A DNA stretch of 35,551 bases, taken from an uncultured Clostridia bacterium (GTDB taxonomy: Bacteria > Bacillota > Clostridia > TANB77 > CAG-508). The stretch lies in the NCBI GenBank assembly GCA_944386315.1, contig CALXAS010000001.1, forward strand, positions 1 to 35,551. Reading direction: 5' to 3'. The notes below the pieces were generated by a model that was not told where the DNA came from, did not search any database, and saw only the letters and a list, made by a program, of their open reading frames with translations. Shown here in pieces: positions 11,020 through 20,152 of the stretch; the first letter of the stretch is position 1, and each line of letters opens with the position of its first letter. The position numbers were made by a program, and so were the translations under genes.

Positions 11020-11607
11020 TTATGATATATTTTTTTCTCCACTATTTACCACCACTGTATTTTCTGGTTGTAATTCCTTTACACTAATATTTACCTCTTT
11101 TACTTCTAGGTCAGATGCTTTTTTGATAGCACTCTTTATTTTTGTTTGTAAATTATTGGATAATTCTTTAATCACTGCTGTTTCTTTTACATCTAAAATC
11201 ACATTTACAATTAAATTTCTTTCCTTATCTAATACTATTCTTGCTGATACATTTTCAGCACTATCAAATCCTTTTACTACATTGTTTACTAATTCTTCTA
11301 ATGTATTTTTAGAAATAACAAGTTGTCCATCTGCATTTTGTAATAAAATTCCGTCTTTTACGCCTCCTATTTCTTTTTCCTCTGAACTAAAGAAAATACA
11401 TTTAATAGCAAGTAAACCTAATATAACGGATATTGCTAAAAGTATATTGGATGTGGTTACATCATTAAGTGCAAGTTTTGCCATTTCATGAATGACATCC
11501 AAATCTATCCAACCAAAAATAACTACACATGTAAGCACACAAATAATTAACATTAAAGTAGAAAATACTGCTAACCCTATTTTATCTAACACCTTCATTT
11601 TTATCAC
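11020..11607 (-). CDS. amaP: alkaline shock response membrane anchor protein AmaP
   Basis: 195 aa with N-terminal TM helices, directly after asp23. Confidence 0.75.
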   Translation of the reverse strand: MIKMKVLDKIGLAVFSTLMLIICVLTCVVIFGWIDLDVIHEMAKLALNDVTTSNILLAISVILGLLAIKCIFFSSEEKEIGGVKDGILLQNADGQLVISKNTLEELVNNVVKGFDSAENVSARIVLDKERNLIVNVILDVKETAVIKELSNNLQTKIKSAIKKASDLEVKEVNISVKELQPENTVVVNSGEKNIS

Positions 11608-11665
11608 ATTCCTTATTTCTTAATTTAGGTTTTTAAAAGGTTCCTATAACCTTCCAAAGAAAAAG

Positions 11666-11701
11666 AAGCAGTATGCTCCCTTTCAAAGACGCATCCTGCT
11701 T
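11666..11701 (-). terminator. intrinsic terminator after asp23
   Basis: AAGCAGGATGC / GCATACTGCTT stem (one mismatch), then CTTTTTCTTT on the minus strand, 9 nt after the asp23 stop. Confidence 0.6.
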
Positions 11702-11709
11702 TGTACCTG

Positions 11710-12156
11710 TTACATACCTTGTTTATCGTCTTTATTTTCTTGTTCTTCCTTAGCTTCTGTATTAACGCCTTGCACATGCACATTTACTTCTACTACTTTT
11801 AATCCTGTCATGCTCTCTACTGCTTTTTTTACTCTATTTTGAATTTCAAATGCTACATCTGGAATTCTTACGCCATATTCTACAATAATGTTTACGTCTA
11901 TTTTTGTTTCTTTGTCTCCTACTTCTACTTTAATACCTTTTGCTAAATTTTTCTTTCCACTTAAAACTTCTGTAATGCCTCCTGCAAATCCTCCTGCCAT
12001 TTCAGCAACACCTGCTACTTCTGATACAGCAACACCTGCAATAACAGCAACTACATCATCTGCTATTCTAATTTCATTTGTATCATTATCGGATAATGCA
12101 ATTTCCTCTTGCTCTTTTACTTCTTCATTTTCATTTTTTATCTCTTCGTTTTCCAT
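11710..12156 (-). CDS. Asp23/Gls24 family envelope stress response protein
   Basis: 148 aa (IRIADDVVAVIAGVAVSEVAGVAEM...VNVHVQGV). Confidence 0.9.
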   Translation of the reverse strand: MENEEIKNENEEVKEQEEIALSDNDTNEIRIADDVVAVIAGVAVSEVAGVAEMAGGFAGGITEVLSGKKNLAKGIKVEVGDKETKIDVNIIVEYGVRIPDVAFEIQNRVKKAVESMTGLKVVEVNVHVQGVNTEAKEEQENKDDKQGM

Positions 12157-12200
12157 ATGATTTACCTCCTTATTTTTCCTTTTGTTTTTTTGCTATTATT

Positions 12201-12229
12201 AGTATACCAATATCTAGCTTGTTTTACAA
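12201..12229 (-). promoter_or_regulatory. candidate asp23 promoter
   Basis: Minus strand reads TTGTAA - 17 nt - TATACT. Confidence 0.45.
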
Positions 12230-12251
12230 CAGTTTTTTTAAAAAAATTTTA

Positions 12252-13238
12252 TTATTCTAATACATCTCCTACTGGCAATTCATTTCCTCTTAAAAAATCT
12301 GTTGCTTTCATTCTTTTTGCATTTTCTCCTTGCAATTCCACTATTTCTAGTATGCCTTCCTTTGCCATTACATATAAACCTTTTTTATCAGAGGAAAAAA
12401 GGATGGTTCCTGGCATAATGTCCTTCATTTTGTAACTATATTCTATGAAATCTGGGAATAGAAGCATAATTTCTTCTTCCGTTAATACTTTTACTTTCCA
12501 AAATTTTATCTTTTTTCCTTCATGAAAAGTATAGGCTCCCATAATAGAGTTTAAACCTCTTACTAGGTCTTTAATTTGTTTTGCTGTTTGATTTTCCCAA
12601 TCTATTTTTGCCATAGATTTATCCAGCATAGGTGCTACAGAAAAATTCTCTCCTTGTTTTTCTCTTTTAACTGTTCCTTTTTCTATTTGCTCTAATGTCT
12701 TTACTAGTAATTTTCCTCCCACTTTAGAAAGTCTCTCCCAAAGTTCTCCTGTGGTCTCTTCTTCTCCGATAGCTACTTCTTCTTTTAAAATCATATCACC
12801 CGTATCCATACCTACATCCATATACATGGTAGTGACACCCGTTACTTTTTCCCCATTAATGACTGCCCATTGAATAGGTGCTGCTCCTCTATATTGTGGA
12901 AGTAAGGAGCCATGTACATTAATACAACCATACTTTGGTATTTCTAATATGGACTTTGGCAAAATTTTTCCATAAGCCACTACACAAATCACATCTGGCT
13001 TCATTTGACTTATTTTTTGAATAAATTCCTCATTATTTCTAATTTTTTCTGGTTGTTCCACTGAAAAACCTCTTTGCAAAGCATATTCCTTCACAGGAGA
13101 AGCAATCATTTTCATACCTCTTCCCTTTGGTCTATCTGGATTCGTTACCACTCCTAATATAGGGTAACCTGCTTCATCAATTGCTTTTAAAGATTCTAAT
13201 GCAAAATCGGGAGTTCCCATAAAAAGTACTTTCAACAT
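12252..13238 (-). CDS. fmt: methionyl-tRNA formyltransferase
   Basis: 328 aa (MGTPDFA..., INVHGSLLPQYRGAAPIQWA). Confidence 0.96.
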   Translation of the reverse strand: MLKVLFMGTPDFALESLKAIDEAGYPILGVVTNPDRPKGRGMKMIASPVKEYALQRGFSVEQPEKIRNNEEFIQKISQMKPDVICVVAYGKILPKSILEIPKYGCINVHGSLLPQYRGAAPIQWAVINGEKVTGVTTMYMDVGMDTGDMILKEEVAIGEEETTGELWERLSKVGGKLLVKTLEQIEKGTVKREKQGENFSVAPMLDKSMAKIDWENQTAKQIKDLVRGLNSIMGAYTFHEGKKIKFWKVKVLTEEEIMLLFPDFIEYSYKMKDIMPGTILFSSDKKGLYVMAKEGILEIVELQGENAKRMKATDFLRGNELPVGDVLE

Positions 13239-13290
13239 ATCTCTCTGCGCACCTCTTCTTTCTAAACTCTATTTCCACCAAAAGGTTTCC

Positions 13291-13773
13291 TTACTTTTCT
13301 TCGCTTGGCTCTACATATTCTAAAGTACCTGGTATCATAAGGTCTGTAAACACAATTCCATTCAAATGATCTATTTCATGTGCTAATGCTTGTGCTAACA
13401 ATTCTTTGGCATGAATTTTTACTTTTTTTCCATCGATATCTAATGCTTCTACTGTTACTTCTGCAGGTCTAATTAATTTAGCATATTTATTCGGAAAACT
13501 TAAGCATCCTTCTTCTACCTCTTGCTCTCCTTTTGCTTTTATAATGACTGGATTAATTAGTCGCAAAGGTTCTTTTCCATCATACAAATCAATTACAATA
13601 ATTCTTTTTAATATGCCTACTTGTACTGCTGCAAGCCCCACTCCATTATATTTATGCATGGTTTCTATCATATCTTCTACTAATTCTTTGATTCTATCAT
13701 CAATTTGTTCCACTTCTCTGGACTTTTTTCTTAAAATTTCGTCTCCTTCTTCGCGAATCGTACGTATTGCCAT
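13291..13773 (-). CDS. def: peptide deformylase
   Basis: 160 aa with motifs GVGLAAVQVG, EGCLS and HEIDH. Confidence 0.97.
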   Translation of the reverse strand: MAIRTIREEGDEILRKKSREVEQIDDRIKELVEDMIETMHKYNGVGLAAVQVGILKRIIVIDLYDGKEPLRLINPVIIKAKGEQEVEEGCLSFPNKYAKLIRPAEVTVEALDIDGKKVKIHAKELLAQALAHEIDHLNGIVFTDLMIPGTLEYVEPSEEK

Positions 13774-13787
13774 TTTTATCTTCCTTT

Positions 13788-16068
13788 CTATAACATATTA
13801 CTTGGATTAATTTCTATCATCACTCTTGTTTCATCCTTCGTTTTCTTTTGTATAAAATCTAAGCCTTGTTGCAAAAAATCTCTAATTTTTTCATCATATA
13901 AACACTTGATTAATATACGAAAACGAAATTGTTTTTTAATTTGTGTAATTGGTGATGCGACTGGTCTGTATAGTAAAATGCCTAATTTTTGCTCTTGCAT
14001 TTTGGTTTTATAATATTCATACAAATTTTGTGCTATTTCCATCACCTTGTTTTCGTCTTTTCCTTGTATTCCAATCATTATTATATCGCAAAACGGTGGA
14101 TATTTCAACTGTTTTCTAATACCTATTTCCGCTTGGTAAAAAGCCTTGTAGTCTTGTTTTGCGGCATACTGTATAGCTAGACTATCTGGGTTATAGGTTT
14201 GTACAATTACTTTGCCTGGCAGATTTTCTCTTCCTGCTCGCCCTGCTACCTGTGTTAAAATCTGAAAAGTCCTTTCATTAGCTCTAAAGTCTTCTATATT
14301 TAAGCTACCATCTGCTGCCATAACCCCTACCAAAGTAACATTAGGAAAATGATGCCCTTTTACCACCATTTGTGTTCCTATTAAAATATCAATATTTTCA
14401 TTTTTAAATTTTTCTAATATCACTTCATGTCCATTTTTCTTGCTAACAGTGTCTGTATCCATGCGAATGGTGGTTGCCATAGGAAATATTTTATGAATTT
14501 CTTCCTCTAATTTTTGGGTTCCAGAGCCAAAATAGCGGATATTTCTACTTTGGCAGTTAGGACATATAGTACTTGGCTTTTCTTCGTATCCACAATAATG
14601 GCACTTTAGTTTATTTTCTCTTAAATGATACGTCAAGGTAATATCACAGTTTTTACATTTTAAGGTATAACCACAGTCTCTACACATAATAAAGGTAGAA
14701 TAGCCTCTTCTGTTTAAAAATAAAATAGTTTGCCTCTTATTTTTCAAATTTTCTTCTACCGCTGTATATAACTGTGTACTAAGCATAGAACGATTTCCTT
14801 TGGCAAGCTGTTCTCTCATATCTATAATGTCTACTGTTGGAAGATGAGAACTATTGGCTCTTTTTGTTAGTTCTAATAACGTTATATTTCCTTTTTGTGC
14901 TTGATAATAAGTGGTCATAGATGGGGTAGCACTTCCTAACACCAAAGGCACTTCCTTTTCCTTGCCTATCTTTCTTGCTACTTCTTTTGCATCATACCTT
15001 GGTGACATTTCGGACTGATAAGAAGTATCATGTTCTTCGTCAATAATAATAATTCCTAAATCTTTAACAGGGGCAAATATAGCAGAACGTGCTCCTATTA
15101 CAATTTGTGCCACTCCTTTTTGAATACGTCTCCACTCATCATATCTTTCCCCTATAGACAACTTACTATGCAAAACAGCAATTTTTTCTTCTCCAAAACG
15201 ACGAATAAATCTATCCACCATTTGCGGTGTTAAGGAAATTTCTGGTACTAACAAAATACTACTCTTTCCTTGCTCTAATACTTTTTCTATCAATTGCATA
15301 TAGACTTCTGTTTTTCCGTGAACCTGTTACCCCAAATAAAAGATATTCTGCATGCATCTTATCGTCTATCGCTTCTTCTATTTCTTCAAAAGCACTTTGT
15401 TGTTCTGGTGTTAGTGGTAGCTTTTCTGTTTTTCCCTTTTTATCATATAGTTGAAATGGATTTCTCTGTACTTCTTTTTCTTCAATGGTAATATATCCAT
15501 TTTTTTTCAAAGTTTTCATCACTGCTTTGGATACTTCTGTGAAAAGAGATAGATCAGAAATATTGGTTTCCCCATTATCTATCAAAAATTTCAACAAACG
15601 AATATGCTTTGGAGATGTAATCTGTTTGGTTTCTATCTCCCACTCAATTTCTTCTCTTTCTTTTGCTAAGTCTACAAAATTCGCTGTTTTTTCTTTTATA
15701 CGGTTTTCTACCTTTTTTTTCATGCTTCCTGGAGGCATCATTAATTTGATGCAATCCGAAAGATTGCAAAAGTATCTTTTTGCCATCCATTTAGCAATTT
15801 CTACTTGCTCTTTGGTTAAAGCATTTTGATTTTCTATTTTGGCAATCTCTTTTGTTTGAAAAGAAGATTGTTCTTTTAATCCGATAATAAAGCCTTCTTC
15901 TAGTGTTTTTCTCTGCCCGAAAGGTACTAAAACATAGGCTCCTATTTTTGCCATGTTTTGCATAGCTTCTGGAACCTCATAATCGAATGTTCTATTTAAA
16001 TCTCTTGCACTATTATTTAATATTACTTCTGCTATCAATTTTCTTCTTCCTCTTCTTTTTTCTTGCAT
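13788..16068 (-). pseudogene. priA: primosomal protein N' (PriA helicase), reading frame interrupted by one extra base in the Walker A motif
   Basis: Two ORF pieces, an N-terminal one at 15259..16068 and a C-terminal one at 13788..15299. The N-piece ends GVTGSRKNRSLY...*. Skipping the coding-strand C (+ strand G15318) reads GKTEVYMQLIEKVLEQGKSS and joins the C-piece. That piece has DEEH, the Cys-rich zinc-finger region and helicase C motifs intact. The probable start is MQEKRRGRRKLIAEVIL at 16068. Confidence 0.88.
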
Positions 16069-16100
16069 TAGTATATCAAATTTTGTAGGAAGAAACAAGA

Positions 16101-16128
16101 AAAAGCCAGTTTTTTATCACTGGCTTTT
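16101..16128 (-). terminator. intrinsic terminator (bidirectional-looking) between the 69-aa island gene and priA
   Basis: Perfect 10-bp stem AAAAGCCAGT / ACTGGCTTTT with an 8-nt loop and a U-rich tail on the minus strand. Confidence 0.65.
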
Positions 16129-16167
16129 TCATCCCGACAGAAATAACTGCTCCCCCATAGGCAAATC

Positions 16168-16377
16168 CTAATCTGCATAAAATTTCAAAGAGCCATACAC
16201 TCCTTGTTTGGCAAGAGCTTTTAGGTCATCTAGCTCTTTTTCGGAGTGTATTTCATACCAATCTCTGTCGGTTACTTTGCATACAACCGGTACACCGGTT
16301 GCCAGATGCTCTCTGGCTTCATTTTCAGTTGCCCTCTTTTTGGGCACCTCATCGAACTCCAAATCTAGCATCCTCAT
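16168..16377 (-). CDS. hypothetical 69-aa acidic protein in a GC-richer mini-island
   Basis: ATG is preceded by AAAGGAGG with 8-nt spacing. It has its own TTGACA-17-TAAAAT promoter and a downstream terminator. A hand count gives about 43% GC against about 30% in the neighbours. Confidence 0.65.
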   Translation of the reverse strand: MRMLDLEFDEVPKKRATENEAREHLATGVPVVCKVTDRDWYEIHSEKELDDLKALAKQGVYGSLKFYAD

Positions 16378-16402
16378 GTTGTTTACCTCCTTTTATAAGG
16401 GG

Positions 16403-16425
16403 TTTTGGAAAATTCCTTTCCAAAA
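16403..16425. promoter_or_regulatory. perfect inverted repeat TTTTGGAAA-attcc-TTTCCAAAA in the 5' leader of the 69-aa gene (candidate operator)
   Basis: 9-bp perfect arms with a 5-nt centre, located between the predicted -10 (16448..16453) and the SD. Confidence 0.4.
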
Positions 16426-16447
16426 TATAACATTTTGTAACAACATT

Positions 16448-16476
16448 ATTTTACCATTTTTCTAATGTTATGTCAA
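16448..16476 (-). promoter_or_regulatory. consensus-like promoter of the 69-aa gene
   Basis: Minus strand reads TTGACA - 17 nt - TAAAAT. Confidence 0.6.
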
Positions 16477-16549
16477 TTATTTTCTTTTATTTTACCTTTC
16501 GGTTTATATTCTATACTGTGTATTTACATAAATTTTAATTGCACATTAC

Positions 16550-16578
16550 TTGCATTTTTCTCTTTTTTATGATATTAT
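16550..16578 (+). promoter_or_regulatory. promoter of the + strand 66-aa gene
   Basis: TTGCAT - 17 nt - TATTAT on the + strand. Confidence 0.5.
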
Positions 16579-16613
16579 GTAATTATATTATTATATTTAA
16601 GGAGGATTATGAT

Positions 16614-16814
16614 ATGCGGAAAATGAAAACCAAAAGAGGTATTTGGACAATCTACGGAATCAATTTGATTCCCAGCGATACCATTTACCAGAAAGTAAAA
16701 GAAGCTATCGAACAGGACCTGTTGAACCAGAGTTATCTTCAGAATATCACTGGTCACAGAAACCCTATTTTGATTGATCCTCAGGATCAGTCAATTGAGT
16801 TCTTATCTTTCTAA
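16614..16814 (+). CDS. hypothetical 66-aa protein (the only + strand gene in the window)
   Basis: ATG at 16614 lies 8 nt after AAGGAGG. It translates to MRKMKTKRGIWTIYGINLIPSDTIYQKVKEAIEQDLLNQSYLQNITGHRNPILIDPQDQSIEFLSF*. A terminator follows. Its GC is higher than the surroundings, and codon 2 is CGG. Confidence 0.55.
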   Translation: MRKMKTKRGIWTIYGINLIPSDTIYQKVKEAIEQDLLNQSYLQNITGHRNPILIDPQDQSIEFLSF

Positions 16815-16822
16815 GGCAGAAA

Positions 16823-16864
16823 AGAGGAGTGGCTTGTACTTAGCACTCCTCTTCCTCCTTTTTT
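16823..16864 (+). terminator. intrinsic terminator of the 66-aa gene
   Basis: AGAGGAGTG / CACTCCTCT stem (16823..16852), then TCCTCCTTTTTT. Confidence 0.6.
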
Positions 16865-16921
16865 ATAAACATAATTTTTGCAAGTTTTGTTTTCTAATCA
16901 AAATTTTAAACATTTCGTCAT

Positions 16922-17710
16922 CTATTCTATCACTTGTTTTGCTACTACCACCATTCTTCCATTTTCTTGAGAATATTCACAGGTAATCATCGTTAATAAA
17001 GGTTCTGGATATTGAGCAGTTATACCTGTATCATACAATTTTATAGCATTTATATTCTCTATGTACTCTTGATAAATTTCTTGTGTATCTAAACTAGTAT
17101 AATTATAATAGCGAAATACATTTTTTTCATTTTGATAGAATATACGAGATGGAAAAACAGCTATAATTTCATACTTTCTTACTTCATTTTCCATAACAAA
17201 GGTCACATTTTTATGTTCTTCCCAATAGCTTTTTTCCTTATAATTTAATAAATTTTGGAACATTTCTCCATCTTTCATATTATGCCCATATAAAATAAGA
17301 TTTGCATTTTGATTCTCTATATTTACTGTATTTTTTAAATAAATGGAACCATAGGAACTCTTTTCTTTTTTATAATTATGCGTTAGATAATATTCATTGT
17401 CCTCTGATTGCAAAATAGGATAATGAATTTGTGTTCCTTCTATTTTTATCCATGCCTTGATATCTGGATTTTGTTCTTGCAGAGCTTTTAATTTACCTAT
17501 TTTTTCTTCATCTTGGGTATTAGCTCCCTCTACGGAAGAAGAGTCCATAAATTCTTGCACTTCTTGTATTGCTTGTTTTGCTTTTTGCTTTTGATACTCT
17601 GACCAAACAAAATACCCTACTGCTATTAAAATAAGAATCACTAAAACAATTATGATGCATATCTTCCATTTTTGGTTTGTTGTTTTTGCGTGTTTATTTT
17701 TTTTCTTCAT
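16922..17710 (-). CDS. srtB: class B sortase
   Basis: 262 aa. It has an N-terminal TM anchor, catalytic His in LILYGHNM, an LLTMITC (TLxTC-type) Cys motif and a late Arg (NGRMVVV). Confidence 0.9.
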   Translation of the reverse strand: MKKKNKHAKTTNQKWKICIIIVLVILILIAVGYFVWSEYQKQKAKQAIQEVQEFMDSSSVEGANTQDEEKIGKLKALQEQNPDIKAWIKIEGTQIHYPILQSEDNEYYLTHNYKKEKSSYGSIYLKNTVNIENQNANLILYGHNMKDGEMFQNLLNYKEKSYWEEHKNVTFVMENEVRKYEIIAVFPSRIFYQNEKNVFRYYNYTSLDTQEIYQEYIENINAIKLYDTGITAQYPEPLLTMITCEYSQENGRMVVVAKQVIE

Positions 17711-17745
17711 GAGAAACTCCTTAACATCTTCTTTCCCTATAAATT

Positions 17746-17776
17746 AGACATGAAGATAATGCCTATCTTCATGTCT
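17746..17776. terminator. 13-bp perfect hairpin between the surface-protein gene and srtB (possible attenuator or partial terminator)
   Basis: AGACATGAAGATA-atgcc-TATCTTCATGTCT. The T-run is on the + strand side only, and the minus-strand tail AAUUUAUAGG is only weakly U-rich. Confidence 0.45.
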
Positions 17777-17815
17777 TTTTTCCTTTTTATTGCATAAGAT
17801 TTATCCTACTATTTT

Positions 17816-19507
17816 CTAAACATTTTTTCTTTTAGAAAAAGCTACTATTCCTATACTAGAAAATACAATAACTACATAAGATACTATTGCTACTACACTA
17901 TTGCTTTCTCCTGTTTTTGGCTCATCATCTAACTTGCCTTTTCCTTCGTTAACATTTGTATTCTCTCCACTATTATTTTGTGTATTATTAGTAGTATTGT
18001 TTTCTGTTGTATTTTCTGTTTCATTGTCACTTGGTGTATTTCCCGTTTCTGTACTATTTGCAACTATAGATGCTGGCAACTCTGCCACAGATGCTACCCA
18101 TCTTGAGCAATGATCTATAGAAAAAGTAATTCCTGCATCATACTCCATTTTTTCTATTGTAGTTACATACTCACATTTTTGTGTTTCTTCATTATAATAA
18201 TACAAACGTGTTGCATCTAAAATAGGAGAATATAATCCAAGTGTATTAGTATCTATAATTTCAATAGTTGCTTTTGCTGGTAATGAACCACTATGTTTAA
18301 AATCTAAAAATAATACATCTTCTTGTCCTTCTAATTCATCAATAAAGCAATCTACCTTTTCAATTCCTATATCTATATCCTTAGTTGTATCTGTAATATT
18401 TTCTGGTGCAAATTCCCATCTATAGTAATATCCATTTTCTGCCATATATTCAATATTTAAGCTTTTATTCATTTCTTTTGCTGCTTTTAAAAGCTTGCTT
18501 GATAAAATGGTATCTTTTTTCGTTGTATAGCTAATATAAGGTGTATCTGGTATATATTTTGCATAAGTAATAAGATCCTCTATTTCTTGTTCTGAAATAG
18601 TTTCCTCAAAGAAAATTTTTGGTAAAACACTGCATGGAACTGTAACAGATAAACCTTGTACAGTAAAGGTAACGTTTGTAATTCCTACATCATGAATCGT
18701 AATTTCTCCTTTTTCATTAATATCTAAAATAGATTCATCTTCTACTGAAAAAGTAGTCTTTGCTAATAAATCTTCTTCTATATTTACATTAGAAATAACT
18801 AGTCTATTTTTATTTTCTTTTGTCATTGTCCATGTATTAATTTTACCTTGGTCAAAAACACAACCATCTGAATAGGTATCCTCACCTATTGACTCAATTC
18901 TTAAATCATTTAGTGAAAATTTTGGTTTTATTTGAATGGTATATTCCGTTGTTTCTGATGCATTTCCCTCTGCATCGTAATAAGTAATTCCTATTGTTTC
19001 TTTCGCTCCCATAAGGCGATGTACACTTGTTTGTTCTCCTCCTGAAAGAACTGAAGAAATAATGGAAATGGTTCTTTGAATATACTTTGCTTCTTGCGTT
19101 AATCCTTGCCCCATAGATATTTCATTGAAGTTTGCATCTGCAAAAGTAGCATTAAACTCATTAGACTTTAAACCATCCTCATCAATTACCCAAAATTTTG
19201 CAGAAGTATATTTGCTTGCTGCATCTTCTGGCACAGGAATGTAACAAAGAAGTCCACCTGGTTGCCCTTTGGAACCTTCATTTAATAAGTCTTGAAATGT
19301 TTGGCTTAATTCACTTTCTGGTTGGTAATATTCTCCTTCCTTTAATTGAATTGTGGTTGTATTTCCCACATCTGTTCTTTCAACATCCATAACACTTTCT
19401 ATTGGCAATACCATTCCATTTGTTGCAGCTTGCGACACGGTTGAATAAAAGAATAGAATTCCAATAAGAAACGCTAAAAATCCTAAAATTTTAACTGTCT
19501 TCTTCAT
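17816..19507 (-). CDS. cell-wall-anchored surface protein with a C-terminal xPKTG sorting signal
   Basis: 563 aa. It has a signal peptide (...STVSQA/AT), an Ig-like (Big_2-like) segment around ILDINEKGEITIHDVGITNVTFTV and an N/T/E-rich stalk. It ends with EPKTG (17909..17923), a hydrophobic helix and a KRKNV tail. Confidence 0.85.
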   Translation of the reverse strand: MKKTVKILGFLAFLIGILFFYSTVSQAATNGMVLPIESVMDVERTDVGNTTTIQLKEGEYYQPESELSQTFQDLLNEGSKGQPGGLLCYIPVPEDAASKYTSAKFWVIDEDGLKSNEFNATFADANFNEISMGQGLTQEAKYIQRTISIISSVLSGGEQTSVHRLMGAKETIGITYYDAEGNASETTEYTIQIKPKFSLNDLRIESIGEDTYSDGCVFDQGKINTWTMTKENKNRLVISNVNIEEDLLAKTTFSVEDESILDINEKGEITIHDVGITNVTFTVQGLSVTVPCSVLPKIFFEETISEQEIEDLITYAKYIPDTPYISYTTKKDTILSSKLLKAAKEMNKSLNIEYMAENGYYYRWEFAPENITDTTKDIDIGIEKVDCFIDELEGQEDVLFLDFKHSGSLPAKATIEIIDTNTLGLYSPILDATRLYYYNEETQKCEYVTTIEKMEYDAGITFSIDHCSRWVASVAELPASIVANSTETGNTPSDNETENTTENNTTNNTQNNSGENTNVNEGKGKLDDEPKTGESNSVVAIVSYVVIVFSSIGIVAFSKRKNV

Positions 19508-19576
19508 ATTTTTCCCCCTTTTTTAATTTTTATGTTCTTATTAAATCACTATTCTTTTTTGTGTCAAGTGCCATTT

Positions 19577-20152
19577 TTAAAATTCTGCTTCTTTCAACGC
19601 ATATTCATTTTCTATAATCGTTTGTATAATTTGTACACTCTTTTCTAAATTGTTATTTTTAATCACATAATCATACATATCAATACGTGACTCTTCATAA
19701 TCAAAACGATTTAAACGAAGTTGTATTTCTTTAATACTTGGCTTATCAATACGTCTTTGCAAACGTTTCATTAAAATATCCTTTGGCACTCTCAAGAAAA
19801 TAGTAACCACTTTAGTATCTTGTTTTAATAACTGAATTAGATTCTCTACTCCATTGACATCAATATCTTTTACAATAATTTTTCCACTTTGTATTTTTTC
19901 ATTCATCAATTTTCTAGATGTACCATAATAATGTTCATGGTGTACATTGTATTCATATAGTTCCTTCTTTTCTATCATTGCTTCAAATTCTTCTGTAGAT
20001 ACAAAATGATAAGTTTGTCCTGGTACGTCTCCCGGTCTTGGTGGTCTATCTGTAAAAGAAGGAAGGGATACCACATTTTCCATTCTTTTAATTAATTCTT
20101 TTTTTATGGTATCTTTTCCTGCTCCGGATACCCCTGAAAGTAATACTAACAT
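19577..20152 (-). CDS. gmk: guanylate kinase (divergent)
   Basis: 191 aa with P-loop GVSGAGKDT, SFTDRPPRPGDVPGQTYHFVS and YYGTS. It overlaps the rpoZ stop by 7 nt. Confidence 0.8.
   Translation of the reverse strand: MLVLLSGVSGAGKDTIKKELIKRMENVVSLPSFTDRPPRPGDVPGQTYHFVSTEEFEAMIEKKELYEYNVHHEHYYGTSRKLMNEKIQSGKIIVKDIDVNGVENLIQLLKQDTKVVTIFLRVPKDILMKRLQRRIDKPSIKEIQLRLNRFDYEESRIDMYDYVIKNNNLEKSVQIIQTIIENEYALKEAEF

Noticed and set aside
12078-12435. + strand ORFs (60 and 108 aa) spanning the asp23-fmt spacer
   Set aside because: They are antisense to the 5' end of asp23 and the 3' end of fmt, their translations are Phe/Leu-rich, and they have no SD.
15259-16098. ORF-track start of priA at 16098 (MFLPTKFDIL...), and similarly the rsmE start at 23150
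   Set aside because: Both upstream extensions run through a terminator or promoter sequence. The family-typical N-termini begin at the internal Met codons, 16068 for priA and 23090 for rsmE.
16575-16757. 60-aa minus-strand ORF antisense to the 66-aa island gene
   Set aside because: It has no SD or promoter. The + strand gene has an SD, a promoter and a terminator.
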